Virus genome (UHGV): UHGV-0211321
Source: a virus
Length of the DNA: 34,484 nt
Strand: one strand, 5' to 3'
Shown here: positions 16,038 to 25,118 of the stretch, in pieces
Position numbering within the stretch: the stretch's first letter is position 1
How the letters are laid out: each line of letters begins with the position of its first letter
Translations under genes and position numbers: made by a program
Notes under the pieces: model-generated
Seen by the model: the letters and a program-made list of their open reading frames with translations, nothing else
Told to the model about the DNA's origin: nothing
Database searches by the model: none

Positions 16038-16353
16038 AAGCTAAACTCAACTCCATTTCTCTTGTATCAGGATTCGTATAAATGCGAGTAATGTTATACG
16101 TTACAGAATCAATTTTGAGCGCACTTAATTTCTCTGTGATGGATTTATCCCATCTGACTTTAATTCGTCTGACAACGTCTGTCTTGGCTTGCTGTGATAA
16201 ATATTTTTCTTGAGAAGTCACACCGAGTTCTTCATAGAATATTAGACGCTTGGATTCATAAACCGTAGTTGGACGATCGTTCTCATCTGTTCCTGTTTTG
16301 ATTTCTAGCAATTCAGCTTTCCATCGCAGATTATTGGTCTGTCGTTTCGGCAT
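16027..16353 (-). CDS. head-tail adaptor / head closure protein
   Basis: 108 aa, third gene after the major capsid gene. Confidence 0.5.
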   Translation of the reverse strand: MPKRQTNNLRWKAELLEIKTGTDENDRPTTVYESKRLIFYEELGVTSQEKYLSQQAKTDVVRRIKVRWDKSITEKLSALKIDSVTYNITRIYTNPDTREMELSLAYVD

Positions 16354-16610
16354 TTTGAATCACTCCTTGTACAATAAATGGCGTAATAGCGCTCAAAGCT
16401 TTGTCTAACTCATCTTCAGATACTCGGTATTCGTAGGCAATGCCGGCAACCATCAAAATAAGATATTCTTGTTGGCCACCAGTTGCTGTTTTGACATAAT
16501 CTTTTGCCATATTTAAATAAAAAGAGAGCAAAGAATCATCCATGCCCTCTTCAAAATGAATATGTGATTTGAATTTTTCCTCTAAAGACAATTCTTTAGT
16601 TTGCTCTTCC
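16331..16610 (-). CDS. head-tail connector (gp6-like)
   Basis: The ATG at 16610 (MEEQTKELS...) follows the capsid stop by 1 nt, SD ggtgg. The track start 16687 would overlap the capsid gene by 74 nt. Confidence 0.5.
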
Positions 16611-16613
16611 ATC

Positions 16614-17978
16614 TTAACCACCAACTGGTTTTGTAATTTCGTAGCGATATACTGCCGGTTCAAATGGAGAATAAACCAATTGACCATCTAGCAAGTTGTA
16701 AATTTGGAATCCAATTTGATTTTTACCAGAGAATTTTTCAACAAGTTTTTGAATTTCCAAGGCACCAATAACTTCTTGAATTTTAAATGCAGAAAAATCG
16801 CCAAAATATAAAACTGGTGTGTCTGGTTTACCCTTTTTATCTGCTGCATCTGTCCAATCCACAGGATAGCCAACTAATTGGTAACCTATTCCACCTTCTG
16901 CTTGTGTAAATGGACGCAACAAAGGAAAACCATCATCTGTTTTCATTTTTTCAATAGCAGTCAAAGCAGCTCGATTAATAATAAAGCGTCCCTTTTTCAT
17001 CACTTCTGTCACTGGTGTATTTTTAAATTCGATTAATGCATCATATAATTTTTGCCCAGCACCTGCAGCAGTTAGATCTAAAGGTTTTTCAAATGCTACA
17101 GCCTTTTTGGCTAATGCACCAGGATTTTCATTTCCAGCGTCATCACCATTGAACATATAATTGATTTCTTTACGCACATAAGCTTTTTTCAATTCTTCCA
17201 CAACAATATCTTCAACTGGAACACCAGACATTTTTAGTAATTTTTTAGTTACTGTTGCCAAAGCATCGAATTCGGCAGGATCAAGCAAAATTTCATCAAA
17301 CTGAATAGCTGTTTCAGCAATATCAGTTGAACGCTCTTTCTTGTTTACATTCGCATCTGCTTTCTTCACAAGAATTGGATATTTGACATCTCCTGATGTT
17401 CGCACCACTGTTCCGTATTTACGAAGTAAATTTTCTTCTTGAGCATAAGTAATAACTTCAGATGCAATTACTTCTGGGACAGTAACTGAGCCATTGCCAG
17501 CTTCAATCCCTAAAGCTCGAGCTTCTGCTTCAGAAATATTTCCAACTACAAAATTAGCAAATGCTTTTCGTAGTTGTTGATCTTTTTGTTTATTGGTCAT
17601 TTTTGCACGTGCCTCCAATCCGTTCTTAATTGATCCAAGTAATCCATCTCGTTGCTGTTGAGTAATCATTCCAGAACGATTTTCTGAACTATCTTCACTG
17701 TCTGAATCTTCTTCTTGATCGTTGTCTTCACCAGAACGGCTTTCGTCTGAATCCGTACTATTCGATTGATCATCTGTATTGTCGTCTGTTTCATCAGTTC
17801 CAGAATCTGCGCCTAATTCGTCTTTAATTCCGTTCAATTCATCAATAACACTGTCAATTTCTTCTTTCACGGCTTCTAAATCTGCTTCGCGTAATTCTCC
17901 TGATTCAACTTTTTCACGTAATTCAGTCAATCGTTGCTCACGACGTGCCTTCATTTTTTTCAATAATTCTTTATCCAT
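16614..17978 (-). CDS. major capsid protein, HK97 fold, with N-terminal delta/scaffold domain carrying an acidic Ser/Asp-rich insert
   Basis: 454 aa. Coiled-coil N-terminus, about 45-aa acidic low-complexity stretch (DETDDNTDDQSNSTDSDESRSGEDNDQEEDSDSEDSSE), HK97-like C-terminal body. Confidence 0.8.
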   Translation of the reverse strand: MDKELLKKMKARREQRLTELREKVESGELREADLEAVKEEIDSVIDELNGIKDELGADSGTDETDDNTDDQSNSTDSDESRSGEDNDQEEDSDSEDSSENRSGMITQQQRDGLLGSIKNGLEARAKMTNKQKDQQLRKAFANFVVGNISEAEARALGIEAGNGSVTVPEVIASEVITYAQEENLLRKYGTVVRTSGDVKYPILVKKADANVNKKERSTDIAETAIQFDEILLDPAEFDALATVTKKLLKMSGVPVEDIVVEELKKAYVRKEINYMFNGDDAGNENPGALAKKAVAFEKPLDLTAAGAGQKLYDALIEFKNTPVTEVMKKGRFIINRAALTAIEKMKTDDGFPLLRPFTQAEGGIGYQLVGYPVDWTDAADKKGKPDTPVLYFGDFSAFKIQEVIGALEIQKLVEKFSGKNQIGFQIYNLLDGQLVYSPFEPAVYRYEITKPVGG

Positions 17979-17990
17979 GTATTTTTCCTC

Positions 17991-18569
17991 CTACGCTTCT
18001 AGCGCTTGATTAATTTTTTTGATTAATTTTTTTCTTTCTTCGACGTTTTTTTCTAATTCATCACGACTTCTTAATGCAGCTTCTGTATCTTCGTATGCTG
18101 GCAAAGGCACAATAGAAACCTCGTATAATTCCACTTCATGGATTGTTCGAAGCATTGGTTCAGAATTGTAGTCCCACGTTTCTTCAGTCGGCACAAAACC
18201 AAAACTACATTGGTTGATGTCTCCTCGTTCCATAGATTTAACTAAGTCCCTTGCTACCGTTGTGTCTGGCAAATCGACTTCGAATTTCAAACCATGATCG
18301 TCTTCTGACAATCGAAGGGTTCCGCTTTTGGTTCGCCCTAGTACATTAGACCAATCGTGGTTAAATAAGCAACGTACATCGGAGTTACTAATCGTTCTAG
18401 CAAAAGCGCCTGGTGCAATGACTTCACTCAAATCGTCCCATAATAGTGTTGGGCTATTGAATACAGCAGCATATCCACTAATGGTCCTCGTATGAGTTTC
18501 TTCATCAGAACGCGTTGAAAGGTTGGTGATGTCAATCGTGCGAATTTCCTTCTTCTTCATTTCCATCAC
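17991..18569 (-). CDS. prohead maturation protease (HK97 family, S78)
   Basis: 192 aa, 'ISGYAAVFNS...FNHD...GLKFEVDLPDT...FGF', between portal and capsid. Confidence 0.75.
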   Translation of the reverse strand: MMEMKKKEIRTIDITNLSTRSDEETHTRTISGYAAVFNSPTLLWDDLSEVIAPGAFARTISNSDVRCLFNHDWSNVLGRTKSGTLRLSEDDHGLKFEVDLPDTTVARDLVKSMERGDINQCSFGFVPTEETWDYNSEPMLRTIHEVELYEVSIVPLPAYEDTEAALRSRDELEKNVEERKKLIKKINQALEA

Positions 18570-19761
18570 CTCCTTTCAAGTTTTGATCATTCGTTGGTAA
18601 GGAATCATCTGTTGCATTTTTCTGGCCAATCCTAGACAAGTCATTTGAAATATAGATAGCTTGTGTTTCTGGAGTGTTCTGTTTAGGAAAACCAAGCATT
18701 TCTGCCACATTATCTGGACTTGTAATCCCAGTACGAACAATGTTGTAGCCAATATTTGTTTTTGTTGAGTAAGGAACAAAATCCAAAATGTTAATTTTCC
18801 ATTCCACTCGATAGCCAGAATTAGGCATAAAAAAAAGAGCGGTGTAATGTTCGCTCTTGTTCTTCAATATTGGTTTGATTGCTTTGTTGTGCAGATACAT
18901 CATCGCTTTTTCGATGTCTGTTTTCATCAACGATTGATACGTATCAACATTGATTCCTAAAAATTTACCTAAGTCTTTTTTATAAACACCTAAATAGTTC
19001 AAAATAGCCGCGTCATCAACAGGACTTTTTAACGTCTCGATGGAATATCCTTTTCCCAGAGGAATCATCTTAACAGAATGATCACTGTCATTTTGCGTTC
19101 CTTCCAGTTGATCCAATATAGCTTTGACAATTTTCGTTTGGGCGCTATTATTTGGATTGATGTGGGCGTCCAGTTTAAGCATGAACGCGAGTAAACCACC
19201 TTTAGTATATTTGTCCGTCAAAACTTTTTCAGCGCTCAGAACGCCTTCCAGAGTGTTTCTTGCAAGGTCAATTATTCCAGCACCTTTTAATGAATCAGTT
19301 CCGATGTTCTTAATATGTCGAATCATTTGACCAGGTATTTTTTGTCCATTCATTTCAAATTCTTCTTGAAGTCGTTCATTGATTTTAGTGGTTACACCGT
19401 ATGCCAAATGAAGCTGGTCCCGATCTGTTAATGGGAATGTCTCACCATTGATCAGTAGGGTATTTGTTTCCAATTTGGTAAATTCGAATCCGGTCAAATA
19501 ATCATTGGGATTCTTCAAAATTTTTAGCAAGTGGTGGTCCTTCACTTCATTACCGTCTGGACCTATGACAACAGGTGAGGACAACGCTACCTGGTTTGAG
19601 ATATCCTGGACCAATTCATAAACATCAGAAGATTCCATGATAGAGGAATCTGTTACATATCTTTGACCGTAACGCGTATAGTGGCCAAACATATCCTCGA
19701 TGTACCCACGCTTTTCCATAAAGGAATAGACTGCATTCGATAACCGATCACGTAATTTCAA
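18532..19761 (-). CDS. portal protein (HK97 family)
   Basis: 409 aa, downstream of terL and upstream of the protease. Size and composition typical. Confidence 0.75.
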   Translation of the reverse strand: MKLRDRLSNAVYSFMEKRGYIEDMFGHYTRYGQRYVTDSSIMESSDVYELVQDISNQVALSSPVVIGPDGNEVKDHHLLKILKNPNDYLTGFEFTKLETNTLLINGETFPLTDRDQLHLAYGVTTKINERLQEEFEMNGQKIPGQMIRHIKNIGTDSLKGAGIIDLARNTLEGVLSAEKVLTDKYTKGGLLAFMLKLDAHINPNNSAQTKIVKAILDQLEGTQNDSDHSVKMIPLGKGYSIETLKSPVDDAAILNYLGVYKKDLGKFLGINVDTYQSLMKTDIEKAMMYLHNKAIKPILKNKSEHYTALFFMPNSGYRVEWKINILDFVPYSTKTNIGYNIVRTGITSPDNVAEMLGFPKQNTPETQAIYISNDLSRIGQKNATDDSLPTNDQNLKGGDGNEEEGNSHD

Positions 19762-20203
19762 TATTTCTCACCGCCTTTCTATTTATTTCTTTTGATAACA
19801 CCTTACGCCCATCAAAATTTCTAAAGGAATAACCTCTGCTTTTTAAACCTCTATAATAAATATCCCTTCGCCGATTATCATCCCAACCAATATTGATAAA
19901 TATTTTATTGTGACAATGTCCAAATTCTGAAACAATGAACTCTTCAAATTCAGCCAATGCTTCTTTTGCAAAAAGCAACGTCTTTAAACCATCTTTTCCC
20001 GTCTGTTTGAGAAATGAGTTAGAAATATCTTTTCTTTTTTTATAAACAATAAACCAAACTGTAAATTCAGCAGTTCTTTGATTATCCCAATAATCACCAT
20101 AAAAAGTCATTTGAGCAGTCATTCCACTTGGCATTATCCACTTTGTAACAAACGTATACTCATCTTCTTTAGGCGTTAAAAATTCCAAAGCAACCATCCC
20201 CAC
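19748..20203 (-). CDS. hypothetical 151-aa protein inserted between terL and portal
   Basis: Tightly packed (starts 2 nt after the terL stop, overlaps the portal start). No recognisable motif. Trp/Phe-rich N-half, basic C-half (NRRRDIYYRGLKSRGYSFRNFDGRK). Confidence 0.45.
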   Translation of the reverse strand: MGMVALEFLTPKEDEYTFVTKWIMPSGMTAQMTFYGDYWDNQRTAEFTVWFIVYKKRKDISNSFLKQTGKDGLKTLLFAKEALAEFEEFIVSEFGHCHNKIFINIGWDDNRRRDIYYRGLKSRGYSFRNFDGRKVLSKEINRKAVRNIEIT

Positions 20204-20204
20204 C

Positions 20205-21932
20205 TTACCTATAGATACTATCGAGATATTCGTCTAATTCATCCGAATCAATATCTGTCATCTGATTCATCGTTTCCTTATGACCACACAAAAACGCCAC
20301 GAAGCCATCAATCTTCTTTTTTGACTGACGTTTACTTGGCGCTTTTTGTCCGTTGATGTTAGTGATTGCTACAACGTTCAAGGTGCAATAAAGGAACAAT
20401 GGATTATCAAATTGAATTCGTTTCTCATAAAACAACCGTTCGACATCATCAAAAGGAGCGTTCAACACTTTAGGATATTGGGCAACCTCAACGCATTCCA
20501 ATCCTAAGTTCTCCAATTTCTCAACAAGTTTGTCGCTCATCGCTGGATCATAATTCACTTGTTGTATATCGTATAAATCCATGCAGTCTTCGATGTACTG
20601 CAAGATTTGATCTTGATCAATCATTTTACCATCGCAAAATTCAACAAAACCTTGTTCAGCTAAATCGCTGTAAGGCACGTTATCTTCTTTTTCTCGAAAC
20701 TCTAAATCTTCATTGGGAATAAAATAAAGCTGCTTCACTTTAAGGACCGCTTTTCCATCTTCATCCCACGTTGGGAAGTTTAAAGACACACAGGTCAAAT
20801 CTCGTGTGCGTGATAAATCCAAACCAATGTAACAAGGTTCACCACTTAAATTTCCAAGCTCTTGGGTAGTAACCAAACACGGCTCTACTTGATCCTGTTC
20901 AAAGAAATTATCCGCACCGTTTACAAATACATCCAAGTGCTTCGTTAGAAACTCGGCTTTTGAATGTGCTGAACGTTGTGCCGTTTTAAACGCTGACTCC
21001 AAGGCGGAAAGATCAACTGATATTCCCCAGTTAGGATTGCACATTTCCCAAACTTTTCTATCCGTCCAATCATAGTTTTTATTTGGTTCATAGATTAGAA
21101 CAAAGTTCGAATCATTATCATCACGTTTCAACACTTCTTTTGCTTCACGATATACGCGCATTCCAACAGACGATGAACCTTTCCCAGCAGTTGAAATATT
21201 AAACATCAATGGTTGTGGCAAAGAGATTTGTGCAGACTTAAAATTGTCATACTGTTCCATTTTCTCTTGCTTATGCAGCTCATCATTCAATACAAAATAT
21301 GGATTAGAACCCTCAATGTTATCGATATTCTTCGTTTGAACAATAAATTTATTCGAATAAGCCATATCTTCATGAATATAATCATAAGTAATACTAGAAA
21401 CAGTTCCCTTTGGTCCTTTGAATATTTTAGTTCCTTCAAGTAGGATTGAATTGTTTAATATTGTAGCTGCAAAAGGTTTGGCAGCATATTGAGCTTGAGC
21501 AAAGTCAGAAGCGCATGCATAACAATCGACTGACAAAGCACCTTCTCCATACATTGCATAGCCTAATGAACCGACAGCAATCAATGTTTTACCGTTCTTT
21601 TTAGGGATTTGGACATACGCTTCACGAGTAACACGGACAATTTGCCCTTTTTCATTTTCTTTAACCCATCCATACATCCACGAGTAAATAAATTTTTCCC
21701 AAGGTTCTAAAATGAATGGCTTTCCAACCATCTCACCTTTTGTGTGAACAATAAACGACTCAACCCAGTCCATCATTTCATTCGCACGATCTACATCAAA
21801 CCAAATATCTTTACGTTTTTTCCACCGATACCAACGATCCACTGCCAAACGAACAGTTTTAGGATATTTCCCAGGTTTCTTTCTTACTTCTTTTGCAAAT
21901 AAATCGGCATAATTTACACCAGGTTCGATCAT
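20205..21932 (-). CDS. terL: terminase large subunit (Terminase_1 family)
   Basis: 575 aa. ATPase N-domain and nuclease C-domain arrangement. Overlaps terS by 4 nt. Confidence 0.85.
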   Translation of the reverse strand: MIEPGVNYADLFAKEVRKKPGKYPKTVRLAVDRWYRWKKRKDIWFDVDRANEMMDWVESFIVHTKGEMVGKPFILEPWEKFIYSWMYGWVKENEKGQIVRVTREAYVQIPKKNGKTLIAVGSLGYAMYGEGALSVDCYACASDFAQAQYAAKPFAATILNNSILLEGTKIFKGPKGTVSSITYDYIHEDMAYSNKFIVQTKNIDNIEGSNPYFVLNDELHKQEKMEQYDNFKSAQISLPQPLMFNISTAGKGSSSVGMRVYREAKEVLKRDDNDSNFVLIYEPNKNYDWTDRKVWEMCNPNWGISVDLSALESAFKTAQRSAHSKAEFLTKHLDVFVNGADNFFEQDQVEPCLVTTQELGNLSGEPCYIGLDLSRTRDLTCVSLNFPTWDEDGKAVLKVKQLYFIPNEDLEFREKEDNVPYSDLAEQGFVEFCDGKMIDQDQILQYIEDCMDLYDIQQVNYDPAMSDKLVEKLENLGLECVEVAQYPKVLNAPFDDVERLFYEKRIQFDNPLFLYCTLNVVAITNINGQKAPSKRQSKKKIDGFVAFLCGHKETMNQMTDIDSDELDEYLDSIYR

Positions 21933-22381
21933 TTTTCAGTACCTGCCTTCTTACGCCATTTGTTTCTGTGCGCTGCTAGTTCATCTACTGGCTTTTCTTC
22001 TGGACGTGTAATTTCTTCATCTTTTCTTGCAGTCGATCCGCCAGTTATTTGTCTACCAGTTTTAGCCTTATTCGTTAGCCCCAACAAATCTAGAGCTTTC
22101 ATTTTCTTATCTGACCAAGTTTCTACTTGCTGCGCCAATGGATGCTTCGATTGATTAGTGGCACCTGATTTATTCGTGAATTTTTGCGTCTCCGGAAAGC
22201 CTTTTTCCTTCCACAAAAGATATTTGTGTTGGTAAATTTCAAAAATATCCAAATATGATTCGATTAATGGATCAAGAGTGATGGTGTACAAATCAGACAA
22301 ATTCATTATTTTTAAAATACGAGCTTTTTCAGCACTTACTTTTTCATCAACAATCGCTTTACGTTGCGCTTTAGTCGTCAT
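21929..22381 (-). CDS. terS: terminase small subunit (P27 family)
   Basis: Track ORF 21929-22393 starts with GTG. The ATG at 22381 (MTTKAQRKAIVDEK...) has SD aggggggtg. About 150 aa, followed by terL and preceded by an HNH gene, the arrangement typical of cos-packaging phages. Confidence 0.75.
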   Translation of the reverse strand: MTTKAQRKAIVDEKVSAEKARILKIMNLSDLYTITLDPLIESYLDIFEIYQHKYLLWKEKGFPETQKFTNKSGATNQSKHPLAQQVETWSDKKMKALDLLGLTNKAKTGRQITGGSTARKDEEITRPEEKPVDELAAHRNKWRKKAGTEK

Positions 22382-22393
22382 ACTTGTATACAC

Positions 22394-22492
22394 CCCCCTT
22401 TGTTTTTTGAAAAATTTGACCTAACGATGCGCGTGACTCCCCGCTACCCTATCTCCCCACGCGAAAAAATTTTTAAAATGGATAGGGGGGCT
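22394..22492. other. candidate cos / packaging-recognition region between the HNH endonuclease and terS
   Basis: 99-bp non-coding, relatively GC-rich stretch. Poly-C (22394-22399) and poly-G (22485-22491) tracts. Inverted repeats cgcgtg...cacgcg and ccctatc...gataggg. Confidence 0.3.
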
Positions 22493-22873
22493 TCAATTGA
22501 AATACGAAGGGAAAACTTTCTTATCTTCCGTTTCATTTTCAACAATTGGATGACATTTTGAACATAAAAGCATGAGATTGTTTGGATCAAGCTTAAGCAG
22601 TTCATTGTCTTTGATTGGTACAATGTGATGGACGTGTGCCCTCTTTCCAAAGATGAACTGACCACATCGCTGACAGTGGCCACCTTCTCTTTCGTAAATA
22701 AATTGGCGCATATCTTTCCATGCTTGCGTTCGATAGAATGGTTTGTTCTCATGATGATAAACAGACTTTGCTTGCTGCTTCTTCTTGCGTGATCTGCTTG
22801 ATCTCTTGTGTTCAGTACAGTAGATACCCTTTGCTATCTTGTTCGTGCATCCGTCAAACTGACAGTACTTCAT
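22493..22873 (-). CDS. HNH endonuclease
   Basis: 126 aa, 'CQRCGQ...HVHHIVPIKD...LLCSKCH' plus an N-terminal C..C..C zinc motif. Immediately upstream of the cos/terS region. Confidence 0.8.
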   Translation of the reverse strand: MKYCQFDGCTNKIAKGIYCTEHKRSSRSRKKKQQAKSVYHHENKPFYRTQAWKDMRQFIYEREGGHCQRCGQFIFGKRAHVHHIVPIKDNELLKLDPNNLMLLCSKCHPIVENETEDKKVFPSYFN

Positions 22874-23256
22874 TCTGCTTCACGAATAAGATGGATGATG
22901 TCTCCTTTTGCACGGACAGCACCAGGAATATCAATACCATGTTTCTTAGCATATGCACGCAATTCTTTTGCAGTCATGTTGTCCAGTTCATCCGTTTCTT
23001 CAGCGGACTGATCATTAGTAGCTTCGTCTCCATCAAAATCAGCAGCGGTGTTTCCATCGCTATCAAGAATTTCACTGCTATCAGTAATAAGTTCACCATT
23101 AACCGCCACAAACGTTTTACCATCACTTAAGATTCCTTTTTCTTCCGTTACTTCAAAATCAGGTTCTTGACCTTTTGGAACTACGACAGTCTTTTTCTTT
23201 TCTGAATCCCAATACTCTGTTCCTGTGATGGATGTTCTAATTTTGATCATTACCAT
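22870..23256 (-). CDS. phage protein with C-terminal Rho_N/HeH-like DNA-binding motif
   Basis: 128 aa. Acidic middle, C-terminus 'MTAKELRAYAKKHGIDIPGAVRAKGDIIHLI'. Confidence 0.45.
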   Translation of the reverse strand: MVMIKIRTSITGTEYWDSEKKKTVVVPKGQEPDFEVTEEKGILSDGKTFVAVNGELITDSSEILDSDGNTAADFDGDEATNDQSAEETDELDNMTAKELRAYAKKHGIDIPGAVRAKGDIIHLIREAE

Positions 23257-23641
23257 TTTGATTCTCTCCTTTGTAATTTGTGCTAATTACTTTTGCACCC
23301 ATTCGCTCATACCATTCAACCTGTTCTTTTAAGTTAGGTAAGGTCCTAGAGATCAATGCTATGGTCAGCTGAGTTTTGCGTTCTGTTCGATCAACTATTG
23401 CTCCAGAATATTTTTCAATAGTCAGGCTATTATCAATACTGACACTACAGTGGTTGCCATTCCAGCTTGGCTTGATATCGCTAATCACAATATTTCCATT
23501 GGCATCTTTTATTTCATTTTTAATCCAATGTCTACTGTTGTCATCTTCAATCGCTTTTTTATAAACTTGCCCCATACCCGCTGGAACATCAAAAGTAAGT
23601 ACAGCCTCATGAAAATCATTCATAGATAAAACTCCTTTCAA
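23237..23641 (-). CDS. hypothetical phage protein
   Basis: 134 aa ORF with SD, no recognisable motif. Confidence 0.45.
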   Translation of the reverse strand: MKGVLSMNDFHEAVLTFDVPAGMGQVYKKAIEDDNSRHWIKNEIKDANGNIVISDIKPSWNGNHCSVSIDNSLTIEKYSGAIVDRTERKTQLTIALISRTLPNLKEQVEWYERMGAKVISTNYKGENQNGNDQN

Positions 23642-23683
23642 AATAAAAGAAGAGAAGCCTGATATACATCAGACTTCTCACAC

Positions 23684-23980
23684 CTATTTTATCCAATCTC
23701 TAATTTCTTTTGCCATTTTATATGTTTTAGAAAATGTTGAGTTCTCTGCTAAAAAAATTTCGCCTTTTTCAGTCAGTTTTAAAAATCTATAAGTAGCAGG
23801 TAATAAAACATTGCTACCGTAAGTTCCACCAACAATGTAACTTTCATTTTTCAAAAAATTTAACTGGTCATTAAATTGTTCTTCTGAAATTCCCAATATA
23901 CCAAAATCAAGATTTTCGTAATTTCCATTTTCAATTTCTTTTAAAATGGCATATCGTATTTTTTGGTTTTCTTTTATCAT
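23684..23980 (-). CDS. YjcQ-family phage protein
   Basis: 98 aa. N-terminus 'IRYAILKEIENGN' characteristic of YjcQ. Confidence 0.55.
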   Translation of the reverse strand: MIKENQKIRYAILKEIENGNYENLDFGILGISEEQFNDQLNFLKNESYIVGGTYGSNVLLPATYRFLKLTEKGEIFLAENSTFSKTYKMAKEIRDWIK

Positions 23981-24004
23981 TTATGAATAGCCTCCTTTTC
24001 ATAA

Positions 24005-24045
24005 ATGAATTATACCATTTAAACAATTCATTTTGCTCATTGTAA
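24005..24045 (-). promoter_or_regulatory. extended -10 promoter (TGgTATAAT on minus strand) upstream of the yjcQ-to-packaging operon
   Basis: Minus strand aaaTGgTATAATtc about 25 nt upstream of the SD aaaggagg of the 23980 start. -35 element weak. Confidence 0.4.
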
Positions 24046-24157
24046 AACAATAATAAACAGTAGCCATTGATAGAATAGATAAACACGAAAATTTAAAAGA
24101 AACTTTTCCATTTCCTTTTAGTTTATTTTTGTTTATTGCTGTCTAATCAAAGCAATA

Positions 24158-24220
24158 GAAAAGAGCCACAGATACCAATTAATAAAATAGTTGGGATATC
24201 TTGGCTCTTTCATATTTTTT
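24158..24220. terminator. long imperfect hairpin with U-tracts on both strands (bidirectional terminator)
   Basis: aaaagagcca...tggctcttt 9-bp outer stem with additional inner pairing (cagatacc / gggatatct). T-runs follow on both strands. Confidence 0.55.
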
Positions 24221-24247
24221 TGACACTAATAGAATATCATGCTGCAA

Positions 24248-24293
24248 ACAATGTTTACATAGCTACAATGTTCGAACATTTAGTGAACATTGT
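24248..24293. promoter_or_regulatory. cluster of ACAATGTT / AACATTGT half-sites including a perfect 14-bp palindrome AATGTTCGAACATT (24267-24280)
   Basis: Direct half-sites at 24248 and 24265, inverted at 24286. Lies just 3' of the ArpU-like gene stop and 5' of the terminator. A -35-like TTGACA is at 24220-24225 on +. Confidence 0.35.
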
Positions 24294-24297
24294 AATT

Positions 24298-24783
24298 TTA
24301 GAATAAAGACAGCTGTTCTTTGTACTTCTCGCTATTGTAAAACTCGATTTCACTTTCTTTTTTACATCGATCAGCACGTCTTTGCTCATACTCGTCTATA
24401 AAATTCAGAGTTTTTCTTATTTCTGCATGTCGCTGTCTAACATACGATGGAGCGTAGTCGATTTCCTCTGCGATGTCTTCCAGCTTCATTCCGTCAATAT
24501 ATTTCATCTTTATGATTTGATTATCAATACCAGAAAAGCTATCTATTAGTAATAGCATTTCTTCCTTTTGATCATTTAATAGTCTCAATTCATTTTCTAT
24601 CTTTTTGATGTTTTCTTCTAAAGAAGCTGATCTAGAGTTTTTTTCGATGCGGACGTCTGCTAAATCTCCATTGACCCATCGATTCAATTCAAGCTTACTT
24701 TTATTAAGATTCCACTTTAAGTAAAGAATCTGCTCATCAAGTTCTTGGTAATCTTTTAACCACTGAAATCTCACAAACGCCAC
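24298..24783 (-). CDS. ArpU-family / sigma-70 region-4-like late transcriptional regulator
   Basis: 161 aa. C-terminal HTH 'IIKMKYIDGMKLEDIAEEIDYAPSYVRQRHAEIRKTL' resembles sigma region 4 / ArpU proteins. Confidence 0.6.
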   Translation of the reverse strand: MAFVRFQWLKDYQELDEQILYLKWNLNKSKLELNRWVNGDLADVRIEKNSRSASLEENIKKIENELRLLNDQKEEMLLLIDSFSGIDNQIIKMKYIDGMKLEDIAEEIDYAPSYVRQRHAEIRKTLNFIDEYEQRRADRCKKESEIEFYNSEKYKEQLSLF

Positions 24784-25032
24784 CCCTTATATGATAAAAT
24801 AGTATTGCGCTGCTATCTCGAAAGAGGTGGCTTTTTTTATTTTTTCTTAGCCGTTCCATTCTGGATTGCCTTTTGTTCCAAACGACGTTTTTTCTTCTTG
24901 ATTTTCGATTTTGTTTTTCCCATACAAACATCCTTTCTGGAATATATATCGTTCGATTTTTACTGTTTAACAAGAGATGGCCAAATTTTATTGTTCGCTT
25001 TGAATCATCTCTTTGAAAAAATTTTAGTATTT

Positions 25033-25072
25033 TTGTAAGACCCCCTAAATCAGCTTTTTTATTTGATATAAT
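25033..25072 (+). promoter_or_regulatory. plus-strand extended -10 promoter (TGaTATAAT, 25064-25072) for the opposite-strand moron
   Basis: ttTGaTATAAT about 45 nt upstream of the 25119 ATG. Possible -35 TTGTAA at 25033 has poor spacing. Confidence 0.45.
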
Positions 25073-25118
25073 ATCTTCACAAGGTATTTTACTTGTAAAT
25101 TAAATCGAGGTGATAATA

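Noticed and set aside
22420-22440. Occurrence of GGGGAGTCA (minus strand) in the cos region matching the att repeat unit
   Set aside because: A single 9-mer match is expected by chance at roughly 0.25 per 34 kb on both strands, so it is not treated as meaningful.
24265-24282. LexA (Cheo) box interpretation of GTTCGAAC
   Set aside because: The Firmicute LexA box is GAAC-N4-GTTC. Here the half-sites are in the opposite order with no spacer, so this is not an SOS box.
24201-24401. Plus-strand 66-aa ORF
   Set aside because: Antisense to the ArpU-like gene and the intergenic palindromes. Cys-rich nonsense translation with no SD.
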